IMG/VR virus record: IMGVR_UViG_3300014613_000001
Coordinates: 1-64,000 of that record
Source of the DNA: a virus
Direction: 5' to 3' (one strand)
Length of the DNA: 64,000 nt
Positions 16,875 to 24,495 of this stretch are shown here, in pieces (positions within the stretch are counted from its first letter, which is position 1; every line of letters begins with the position of its first letter). The notes beneath the pieces are model-generated. The model worked only from the letters and a program-made list of their open reading frames with translations, was not told the DNA's origin and did not search any database. Position numbers and translations under genes: made by a program.

Positions 16875-16905
16875 ATGCCAGCTGAGAGGCTTATTGATCT
16901 CAGAC
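16875..16905 (+). CRISPR. solitary repeat, antisense to flanking genes
   Basis: ATGCCAGCTGAGAGGCTTATTGATCTCAGAC. Confidence 0.8.
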
Positions 16906-16986
16906 CTCATAGTGCCAGTCCAGCCCAAGTCCTGTGCTTCGGATCGGGATGCAGCTCCTCGGGGAACTGCTCTCCACCTATACGGA

Positions 16987-17364
16987 TCACGTGTTCGCAA
17001 AGATGGCCGCGACCGCGGCCCCCATGAGAACTCCGTGATTCTCTTCTCCGGTTTGCTGCAGTTCCATAGCCGCCTCCAGCCCGAATCGCATCCATGGCCC
17101 GGGCTTGAATCCAGCCTGTATCAGATCATCACCGGTGACCAATGGTTTTGGTCCGGTCTCCGCATGTCGGTCGATGATCGTGGGCGCGACTTCCCACACC
17201 TTCCTCTGTCCCCAGTCCAGGATCATGATTCTAGACTGGCACTCTGTGCATTCGCAGAGCAGCCTATTGCCCTGCATCTTTTTTGTCAGCAGTCCCATAT
17301 GCCCACAGCTCGGGCACCCATGCTCCTTCCACTGGCTCCATGTCATCGGAAACAGTCTGCTCAT
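16987..17364 (-). CDS. zinc-finger protein fused to a CCA-adding-enzyme-like C-terminal segment
   Basis: CPSC...CTEC followed by PLVTGDDLIQAGFKPGP...LEAAMELQ..G; AAGGAG RBS. Confidence 0.6.
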   Translation of the reverse strand: MSRLFPMTWSQWKEHGCPSCGHMGLLTKKMQGNRLLCECTECQSRIMILDWGQRKVWEVAPTIIDRHAETGPKPLVTGDDLIQAGFKPGPWMRFGLEAAMELQQTGEENHGVLMGAAVAAIFANT

Positions 17365-17457
17365 CTCCGTGCTCCTTTCATTCGCAGGGAAAATCCCCCC
17401 ACGAGATCAATACTCTTATCTCACATTCGACGTCCTCTTTGCGCCATATTGGCGAAA

Positions 17458-17523
17458 GTGTGTGCACAACGTGTGTACATGTGTGTACAACGTGTGCACA
17501 ATGTGCACACAACGTGTGTACAC
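17458..17523. repeat. six tandem 10-13 bp GTGTG(T/C)ACA(A)C units in a divergent intergenic region
   Basis: Direct reading; each unit has a palindromic GTGCAC or TGTACA/GTAC core. Confidence 0.8.
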
Positions 17524-17530
17524 TTTTTCC

Positions 17531-17560
17531 TTGACACAGCTATGGTCTGCGGACCATGAT
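17531..17560 (+). promoter_or_regulatory. possible sigma70 promoter for the plus-strand block
   Basis: TTGACA-N18-CATGAT just upstream of ATG 17573. Confidence 0.4.
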
Positions 17561-17572
17561 CACCATAGTAGG

Positions 17573-17830
17573 ATGAGAGATCAGTTGATCACGGAAGAAG
17601 AGCTCGAAGAGATTTGGGAGAATCACGGGCTCAAACAACACGTCGAGCGACTTCATAAGTACTTGTTATCACACGGCTTACAGCCAATGGCCGTACCCGC
17701 TTTCGTTTTCGTCGGTAATCTAAAACAAAAGATCCTCGTAAACTTTCTAGTAAAGGGGGTCTCGGAGGACAGTTATGGGAGACAGACCTTCCCCAAGCAT
17801 AAAGACCGCGACGGAAGCGGCGAAGAGTAG
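17573..17830 (+). CDS. hypothetical protein
   Basis: ATG 17573 after TAGG; start reassigned from the ORF track. Confidence 0.4.
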   Translation: MRDQLITEEELEEIWENHGLKQHVERLHKYLLSHGLQPMAVPAFVFVGNLKQKILVNFLVKGVSEDSYGRQTFPKHKDRDGSGEE

Positions 17831-18629
17831 AGGGGCCTCGGCGTCCCCTATGCCTGCTCCGAAGGCTCATCAATTGAGGCCGTCGCCGCAACAGGCCGGA
17901 GTCATTCTTCCGGGCAATGTTAGCGATCTGGGGCCGCAGGTGATCGGTATGCCGACGTCCGGTCAGGCGATGTCGTCGAGTCAGTTCATGGCTGGCCCTC
18001 AATCCCTCGAGCATAAGCGCGGTCCCGAGGACGTGCGTGATGATCTGGAGACCCTGGCCGCTGCTATGAAGCAGAAGGCGGAGCTGGAGAAGAGGAAGGA
18101 TCAGGATCAAGAGGAGGAAGAGGGGGATGGTGATGATGCGTTGTTGAAGAGTGAGAGCGATGAGATGCAGATGTATCTCGACATGTTCAACAACCCGAAG
18201 CGTCGTCGGAAGATCGAGGCGGATCTCGAGCCGATGAACGTGCAGGACATCGTCTTGTATCGTGAGCTCAGGCAGAAGGTGAAGGTGAGCTGTGGTCTGG
18301 AGGTCACCTTCCGTACAGTCAACGGTCACGAGTCACAAGCGATCCTGGACGAGGTGGGGCACGTCAGCCACGACAAGGCTGTGAGTGATCTCTACCTTCA
18401 GGAGATGTTGGCCTACATGAACTTGGCCGCCGGGGTACGTGCTGTCGGATCAGAGGTGCTGCCCAATCACATGGATGGGCGAGTGCTGAACAAGGAGCGC
18501 TTCAAAGAGAAGCTCGATCACATCTTGGACTTCCCGATTCAATTGCTTGCTGATCTGAGGGTCAACTACTTCTGGTTCGACAACCGGGTGAAGAAGACCA
18601 TGATCGAGGAGGAGTTGGGAAATGGCTGA
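17775..18629 (+). CDS. tail assembly chaperone (gpG-like)
   Basis: 284 aa; ends on slippery heptamer G GGA AAT immediately before the stop; the -1 frame is open into the next ORF. Confidence 0.6.
   Translation: MGDRPSPSIKTATEAAKSRGASASPMPAPKAHQLRPSPQQAGVILPGNVSDLGPQVIGMPTSGQAMSSSQFMAGPQSLEHKRGPEDVRDDLETLAAAMKQKAELEKRKDQDQEEEEGDGDDALLKSESDEMQMYLDMFNNPKRRRKIEADLEPMNVQDIVLYRELRQKVKVSCGLEVTFRTVNGHESQAILDEVGHVSHDKAVSDLYLQEMLAYMNLAAGVRAVGSEVLPNHMDGRVLNKERFKEKLDHILDFPIQLLADLRVNYFWFDNRVKKTMIEEELGNG
18617..18623 (+). other. programmed -1 frameshift site GGGAAAT
   Basis: X XXY YYZ in the correct frame (TTG GGA AAT GGC TGA); -1 frame reads GGG AAA TGG CTG ... ATG(18659) with no stop. Confidence 0.7.
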
Positions 18630-18658
18630 CGACCCCGCTCGGCTGGGCAAGAGCGAAC

Positions 18659-19051
18659 ATGCTCTACGATCTGCTCAGCGAACCGCCGGAGCCGGGGTCG
18701 GTATTGGAAGCGTTGTGTCTCATGATCCAGATGCGGCGCGAGGCGACAGAGCTGTACAAAAACTTCGCGATGTTGAGGGCGATCCAGGTTTCACAGTCGA
18801 AGGATCCAAGCTCGGCAGAGTCTGTTGCAGAGGCCTTCAAGACCTATCGTGCGTCGCTGATGCCGTTCCTCGAGAGGGAGGTGACGCAAGAGAAGACAGA
18901 GCTGATCGAGGCGTTGAAGCGAGAGATCGCTATGAATTCCAGTCTGGCTGTACAGTCTGTGATGCCGCGCAAAGCGGAAGAGGTTGTACGGAAGCGTCTC
19001 GAGGCACGTCCTATCCAGAAGTCGAAGTGGGCTCGGAAGAAGAGATGGTGA
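18659..19051 (+). CDS. C-terminal (gpT-like) part of frameshifted tail assembly chaperone
   Basis: In the -1 frame of the upstream gene; weak own RBS. Confidence 0.6.
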   Translation: MLYDLLSEPPEPGSVLEALCLMIQMRREATELYKNFAMLRAIQVSQSKDPSSAESVAEAFKTYRASLMPFLEREVTQEKTELIEALKREIAMNSSLAVQSVMPRKAEEVVRKRLEARPIQKSKWARKKRW

Positions 19052-19383
19052 TCATGGAAATCAACGAAATCAACGAAATCAACGAAGAGGCAGTGGAACG
19101 GGCGATCAAGGTTCTCAACCGTGCGCTCAACGAAGACTGCATGGTGCTATCAGAGATGTTGCTCACTCGTTATCGTTGCAACTCTGCCCTCGCTGTCGAT
19201 GACACGGTGCAGACAGAGAGCAAGAAGGGCGCTCGTGTGTCGCACAGCGTCAGCGCGATGGGGCTCATCAATGGACTCTTCGGAGTCGACGAGCACGGCT
19301 ACGGTCCGATCACCATGATCGTCAATGATGAAGAGACCGGAATCATCGAGTTCTGTCGCACGAGACACAGGAAAGAAAGCTGA
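19048..19383 (+). CDS. conserved phage hypothetical protein
   Basis: GTGA-coupled start; GLINGLFG motif; the longer ORF call is a shadow of the upstream gene. Confidence 0.5.
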   Translation: MIMEINEINEINEEAVERAIKVLNRALNEDCMVLSEMLLTRYRCNSALAVDDTVQTESKKGARVSHSVSAMGLINGLFGVDEHGYGPITMIVNDEETGIIEFCRTRHRKES

Positions 19384-19476
19384 TCATGCGCTACGCGCAG
19401 GTCACGAAGTGGCGACAGCGTGTTCTGATCTCGAAGCCCCTCCTGGTCTTTTGATCAAGAAAGAGGTGCAAAGTCC

Positions 19477-19830
19477 ATGAATATCGAAGAAGTAAAAGAC
19501 CATCTCGTGCGGGCGCTAGTCGATCTGTCCAAGGTGTCCAGAGTTCTTGATACGTTCGATGATCAGAACATGACGACACCTTGGTGGGAGGCTGCGGGCA
19601 TGGCCCCCGAGGTCGCTGAGGCGCACATCGACCATGTGTTGGCGATCTGCAAGCAGGAGCTGATGAAGCCAGGTGCCTCTTTTACCTTCAACCAGAACCG
19701 CCCCATCATGAGGAGCTACGAGTCTGGTAGTGATTGTTGTTGGGTCAACTTGTTGGGGGTGCAGTACATGACCCTCAGCATCTCAGCTCCATGCCCCAGG
19801 GGGCCGATCACGACAGAGGAGAAGGTCTGA
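19477..19830 (+). CDS. hypothetical protein
   Basis: GAGGT RBS, 117 aa. Confidence 0.5.
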   Translation: MNIEEVKDHLVRALVDLSKVSRVLDTFDDQNMTTPWWEAAGMAPEVAEAHIDHVLAICKQELMKPGASFTFNQNRPIMRSYESGSDCCWVNLLGVQYMTLSISAPCPRGPITTEEKV

Positions 19831-20213
19831 TGCTTGTTTGTCCAAACTGCGCATTTCCGGTTGAAAACGATCTGCGGGTCATGTCAGTGAGCAACGTGGT
19901 CTGTGTTCTGTGTGGTCATCGTTGTGAGAGTTCTGATCTCGTAAGGTATCGCGATGACGCAAAGATCGTGAACCCGAAGGTCTTCGTCGAGCTGATGCAG
20001 TTCTTCACACAGGCGATCACGCCTCAAATAGGAGGGAAGCTGGTAGAGCTCGGCATCGTGTCCGCCGACCCGAGCTTGGAGAACATAGCCGCTTTCACCA
20101 AGCTGCTGATCAAGATCAGCCGTGCGTCGTTTCAGGCTGTGTTGGAAGGAGTGTTGATTCAGGATGATGAAGAACATGTGCTGGGCGGCGGGGGCTCAAA
20201 CACCTTGCAGTGA
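19830..20213 (+). CDS. zinc-ribbon protein
   Basis: TGATG coupling; CPNC...CVLC. Confidence 0.5.
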   Translation: MLVCPNCAFPVENDLRVMSVSNVVCVLCGHRCESSDLVRYRDDAKIVNPKVFVELMQFFTQAITPQIGGKLVELGIVSADPSLENIAAFTKLLIKISRASFQAVLEGVLIQDDEEHVLGGGGSNTLQ

Positions 20214-20402
20214 GTGTTGCGTGGCCTACGCGCCGAGTGACGAGGAAGAGGGCAGCGGGTACTGTCTGGTGATGACTGCTCTCTACTCGATCGTGAGCGC
20301 GTTGCCGCCGGCTGGTGATATCATGGTGAAGCTCAACAGCATCGAGGAACATCTCGCTCCCCCGGTCACAGGCAGTACGCTGCTACCTCCGCAGGTGCGC
20401 TG

Positions 20403-20864
20403 ATGTTGGTGATCAAGAGCGTAGGCGCCCATGCTGATCTGATCGCGGGCATACCTCGGTACACGATGGTAGTTGGCCCGGACAACGCCGACATGGGTGT
20501 CGAGGTCGAGCTCGATGTAGCGACCTACACTCAGCTTGTCGAGATCGCTAACCTGGAGATGTCCAATCGTGCCCAACAGTCTCCTACGGAGGAGCCTGTT
20601 GCGGTCACTTCACTTTCCAGACAACCTGATCATGGTGCGTTACGTCGACAGCTGATGGCTGATCGAGAAGAAAACGCGTTCGCAGAGCTGCGCGGGCTCG
20701 AGCACGTGTCTCAGCGCAGTCTCACACCCGAAGAGGTTTTGCGCAGCGTGGGGTTCATCGAAGATGGCGAGGAGGGCCCGAACGAATCTGATCTTCTGTT
20801 TGGCGATCAGGAACCTGACCCAGGTGAAATGTCCGACGACGACGACGGAGTGAGGCAGTATTGA
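20403..20864 (+). CDS. acidic hypothetical protein
   Basis: 153-aa ORF in operon. Confidence 0.5.
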   Translation: MLVIKSVGAHADLIAGIPRYTMVVGPDNADMGVEVELDVATYTQLVEIANLEMSNRAQQSPTEEPVAVTSLSRQPDHGALRRQLMADREENAFAELRGLEHVSQRSLTPEEVLRSVGFIEDGEEGPNESDLLFGDQEPDPGEMSDDDDGVRQY

Positions 20865-21304
20865 TGAACTTCGGATACGAGTGCGCAGGCTGTCACACCT
20901 ACTTCGGGGTCAGTAATCCTGATGGTGATTTAGGGGCAGTTCAGCGTCTGCTCAACCAGGACGCACCATGCCCGAAGTGCGACAACGGTACGATCATGAC
21001 CCCTGTTGTAGTCGAGGTTGCGGGACGCCCCGGTGACATGTGCATGACGGCCGATGATCTGCTTCGATACGTCAACGGGCTCGGAGCCCCGGGGGAGACG
21101 ATCTTCAGCTGTGAGGACGTTCGGCAGTGGCTCGAGACATACAAGGTGATTGAGGCTGACGTCGAGGGCAGTGACAGGCCTCGCCCCGTCATACGATCAC
21201 TCCTCTTGAAGGGTGGAATCAGATTGTACCTGGCGGCGTCTGGAAACGGAGCCGTCGTTTACCGAGTAACGAAGGAGACCGAAGATGCCAGTTCAGGGAT
21301 TTGA
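20861..21304 (+). CDS. zinc-ribbon protein
   Basis: CAGC...CPKC. Confidence 0.5.
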   Translation: MMNFGYECAGCHTYFGVSNPDGDLGAVQRLLNQDAPCPKCDNGTIMTPVVVEVAGRPGDMCMTADDLLRYVNGLGAPGETIFSCEDVRQWLETYKVIEADVEGSDRPRPVIRSLLLKGGIRLYLAASGNGAVVYRVTKETEDASSGI

Positions 21305-21605
21305 ACATCAACAGAAGCGCCGCGGGCCGAAGAACATTCTGATCGGTGTGAGGCCGCTCCCGCTGCTGATGTGGCAGAGGACGGACAAGGACGGGATTGT
21401 CCAGACAGAGCTGGGTGTGGAGATCACACCCGGCGACATCCGCAAGCTCCCTACGGACCTGTGGAACAAGTCGGGGCCCGTCAACGCCAAGCTCCAGAAG
21501 CTGTTGGCCAAGGAGCTTCATGGCTCAGAGGCCGTGTCCGCCGAACCGATCATGTCGAAGGAGAAGGCCGCGGCACAACTTCCGGCAGAAGTCGATGTAG
21601 GGTGA
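21285..21605 (+). CDS. hypothetical protein
   Basis: AAGGAG RBS. Confidence 0.5.
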   Translation: MPVQGFEHQQKRRGPKNILIGVRPLPLLMWQRTDKDGIVQTELGVEITPGDIRKLPTDLWNKSGPVNAKLQKLLAKELHGSEAVSAEPIMSKEKAAAQLPAEVDVG

Positions 21606-21609
21606 CCCG

Positions 21610-21945
21610 ATGTCATTACGTCTTCTAGGTGATCGCATCTTGATCGAATTCGATCCCACCGAAGATCAGGAGCGTACACTGGAGAGTGGCATCATCATTC
21701 CAACAGATGTCTACGATGACATCCACCAGTGGGGCACGGTCCTGGATGTTGGGCCAGGGCGTTGGAACAAGAAGCAGACGCTCAGGATTCCGGTGCAGGT
21801 GAGACCCGGTGATCGGGTTCTTTACATCCGGTTCCTGAAGAACACGCACACGGGAGAGGCGATGCGCTTGAGCGGCCAGCTTACGGATCGCCAGTTTCTG
21901 ATCAGGGAATCAGATGTCATCGCAATCGCAATCCAAGAAGACTGA
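21610..21945 (+). CDS. groES: co-chaperonin GroES (Cpn10)
   Basis: LRLLGDRILIE, SGIIIP, GTVLDVGPG, VRPGDRVL, IRESDVIAI. Confidence 0.88.
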   Translation: MSLRLLGDRILIEFDPTEDQERTLESGIIIPTDVYDDIHQWGTVLDVGPGRWNKKQTLRIPVQVRPGDRVLYIRFLKNTHTGEAMRLSGQLTDRQFLIRESDVIAIAIQED

Positions 21946-22165
21946 CAGATTCAGCTTTCGGATCGATACCTCCTTGCTGGTCTGGGTCCGATGGTATGCC
22001 AGTCAACATGGTGTCACGGTGACACACTTGATCACGGAGTACTTTCGTGAGCTGCGGTATGCCAGTCAACATGGTGTCACGGTGACACACTTGATCACGG
22101 AGTACTTTCGTGAGCTGCGGGAGGAATCTCCGGCAAAGCCAATAGGAGACGTGGATCAGCTATGA
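21914..22165 (+). CDS. ribbon-helix-helix DNA-binding protein with duplicated helix segment
   Basis: RFSFRID strand followed by two helices; 21-aa exact duplication. Confidence 0.6.
   Translation: MSSQSQSKKTDRFSFRIDTSLLVWVRWYASQHGVTVTHLITEYFRELRYASQHGVTVTHLITEYFRELREESPAKPIGDVDQL
21993..22118 (+). repeat. exact 63-bp tandem duplication
   Basis: 21993-22055 is identical to 22056-22118. Confidence 0.95.
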
Positions 22166-22731
22166 AATTCGATGATGTTGAGAGGGTCTACTCGCTCGAG
22201 GGTGCCCAAACAGCAGACACGATAGCAGAGTTGGTCCGAGCCATTTTGAGCCAGAAGTATGTTGTCGTGCGCGAGCTTCATCTGCTCTCCGACCCAGGTC
22301 GCGTCGTAGCGCAGCTCTCGATCCCGAGATCTGGTCCACCCGATGGTGTCATCCCGGAGACGGATCCTGAGAGCGTGTGGGAGCTGCTGACGCAGGTTGA
22401 CATCGTTGAGTACGAGTCGGCAAACGTGAAGCTGAATCCGGCTGCCGTGTCTTCGCTGACGCATATCATGCTCGAGGCAGGTCATCGAAGGTTGGCAGGC
22501 GTAGCTTGGGCTACCGGCAGCATACAAAATCTGATGAAGTGGGTGGGGGTACACCCCCGTGAGGGGGTTCCAGCCACGTTTTGGAACATGCCATTGATCC
22601 AGACCCAGCTCATCCCGGAGGACTGTGTGGTGATGCTCTGTGCCAAGAGCGTGCGTCAACGTGTCCTGAAGGCGGAGTTGGGGATCATGGCTCAGTTTGA
22701 GGAGGTAGACGATGTTGGACAAAGTGAGTGA
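22162..22731 (+). CDS. hypothetical protein
   Basis: 189-aa ORF, ATGA-coupled. Confidence 0.55.
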   Translation: MKFDDVERVYSLEGAQTADTIAELVRAILSQKYVVVRELHLLSDPGRVVAQLSIPRSGPPDGVIPETDPESVWELLTQVDIVEYESANVKLNPAAVSSLTHIMLEAGHRRLAGVAWATGSIQNLMKWVGVHPREGVPATFWNMPLIQTQLIPEDCVVMLCAKSVRQRVLKAELGIMAQFEEVDDVGQSE

Positions 22732-22987
22732 GGCGTACAACTCTCGTATTCTCGATCTGCACGCTCAGAAGAAGTTCGCCGCCGTGGTGATCACCGAAGA
22801 GGGCGTCGAGATCGCCGCTGCTTCGGATGGCTTCCGATTCGAGTACTCAGGTCGTTGGCGCGACATCCAACGGAGCTGGGCCGAGATCGACAAGAAGGCC
22901 AAGGCGCGTCAGGCCGGGTCGCGTATCGATGTGCAGGAGGTACGGGAGGACGGAGGAGATTCTGCCGTCTCGGATCAGGTGAACTGA
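22712..22987 (+). CDS. hypothetical protein
   Basis: GAGGAGG RBS. Confidence 0.5.
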   Translation: MLDKVSEAYNSRILDLHAQKKFAAVVITEEGVEIAAASDGFRFEYSGRWRDIQRSWAEIDKKAKARQAGSRIDVQEVREDGGDSAVSDQVN

Positions 22988-22988
22988 G

Positions 22989-23576
22989 ATGGACGACGTG
23001 ATCCAAGAAGACGCAGCGCAGGAGAACGGCTCTGAGCAGCTCTTGATCGAGTCGCTGATCGGCCTGATGAACTCTTCGGGGCCGTACGTAGAGGTACTTC
23101 AGAGTTCGAGTGATTCGAACAGGGTGAAGCTGCGTCTCCGCATTTTCGACGGACACTCGTGGAATCACGTCGCAGCCCTTCTCTTGAAAGAAGAGATCAG
23201 ATCACGGATGGTCAAAGGCGTGGCATGGGATCTTCATCTCTGTCGTCAACTGATGCTACGTAAGGAGACAAACTCTCTGTGTTACTTCTGGAACTTCATC
23301 GTCTCTTCAGAGGATGTGGGCAGCGCCGTGCTCACCATCTGTCGTGTGCTGGACTTTGCGAGCCAGCAACAGGTACCAGTGGCTCCGCAACGGGTCGCGC
23401 TCGGTCCACGGAAGGAGGAAGAGATCTTCACACCGAAGATAGGAGGTACGGTCGTAGACGGTCAGGTGGTCTCGATGCCCTTGATCGGTGGGGCAGGCCG
23501 AAATATGCCTGAAGGTGGTTTCATGGAGAAGGGGAAGAAGCAGAAGGGCGCGCACCCGGTAGGGGGGAAGAGATGA
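22989..23576 (+). CDS. hypothetical protein
   Basis: 195-aa ORF in operon. Confidence 0.55.
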   Translation: MDDVIQEDAAQENGSEQLLIESLIGLMNSSGPYVEVLQSSSDSNRVKLRLRIFDGHSWNHVAALLLKEEIRSRMVKGVAWDLHLCRQLMLRKETNSLCYFWNFIVSSEDVGSAVLTICRVLDFASQQQVPVAPQRVALGPRKEEEIFTPKIGGTVVDGQVVSMPLIGGAGRNMPEGGFMEKGKKQKGAHPVGGKR

Positions 23577-24232
23577 GCTTCTACGGCCCCGAAGAGAGTG
23601 CCGCCCTGGAGCAGAAGGCCGGCCACCTGGCAAGCGAGCTCTCGGCTGAAGAGCTCAACTCGATCGAGAGGAAGCGGCAGGCGTTGGCCAAGCTGTTCTC
23701 GAAGGATAGGGTCACAGCGACCTATAAGCTCGAGCTCACCTTCGGCAAAGAGAGGTCGACATACAAGCACTTCCCAGGATCACTTGTCGTGTTCAGAAGC
23801 GGATCGGCGTTCAACGGTGGGGGTGACGAGCCGATGTACCCGTGTCCGAATGACATGTGCAGCGGTTTTCTCCCACCGAAGTTGATCTCAGCCATGCTGG
23901 GTATCGGCGTCTGCCCAGTTTGCCGGGAGAAGTGGCCACAAGATCAGCTCATGGAGATGCGGCTGTTTCGGCTTGCCCCTCGAGCTTGGGCACGAGTGGT
24001 GGCACGCTACTTCATCCGGTTGAACCACGACGCCGACATCTATCTGAAGGGGCACCCTATCGACATCCGTATTCAGACGGCAAAGGAGATCGAACACTAT
24101 CGTGGCGGTGATCAAACAAACCTGGCGCGACGAAAGCGGGTCCGGGTGCTGTATCCTCTCGAAAGGATCTATACTGATCTACAGCACGGAGCTGATCTCG
24201 AGAATCGGTTCTTGAAGTTTTTGGTGGCGTGA
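23573..24232 (+). CDS. hypothetical protein with zinc-binding motifs
   Basis: CPNDMC, CPVC; ATGA-coupled. Confidence 0.6.
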   Translation: MSFYGPEESAALEQKAGHLASELSAEELNSIERKRQALAKLFSKDRVTATYKLELTFGKERSTYKHFPGSLVVFRSGSAFNGGGDEPMYPCPNDMCSGFLPPKLISAMLGIGVCPVCREKWPQDQLMEMRLFRLAPRAWARVVARYFIRLNHDADIYLKGHPIDIRIQTAKEIEHYRGGDQTNLARRKRVRVLYPLERIYTDLQHGADLENRFLKFLVA

Positions 24233-24495
24233 TGGCAAAGACGATCAAAGAGCTTATGGATCGGCACGCACAGCTGACTGGTGAAGTTGACGCGGCCGAG
24301 GAGATCCTCAACTGGTTGTTGGCCGGCGATAACCGATTCAAGGAGCGCTTCGGTCAAGATGTGGTTGACAGGCTAGCGACTCAGATAGATGATCTGATAC
24401 TCGCTCCCAGGTTGGAAGAGATCGGTAAGATCATTTCGACGGAGATTGGAGATGCGGATGAAAAGAGTCAAGCAAAGAAGCGTAAAAGATCATGA
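24229..24495 (+). CDS. hypothetical protein
   Basis: GTGA-coupled. Confidence 0.5.
   Translation: MMAKTIKELMDRHAQLTGEVDAAEEILNWLLAGDNRFKERFGQDVVDRLATQIDDLILAPRLEEIGKIISTEIGDADEKSQAKKRKRS

Noticed and set aside
17399-17430. Possible highly degenerate repeat on the minus strand upstream of the 17364 gene
   Set aside because: Only GAGA...TATTGATCTC matches and the loop is longer; too weak to call
18622-19047. N-terminal two-thirds of the 253-aa ORF 18622-19383
   Set aside because: Overlaps the better-supported frameshift partner 18659-19051; the real gene likely starts near 19048
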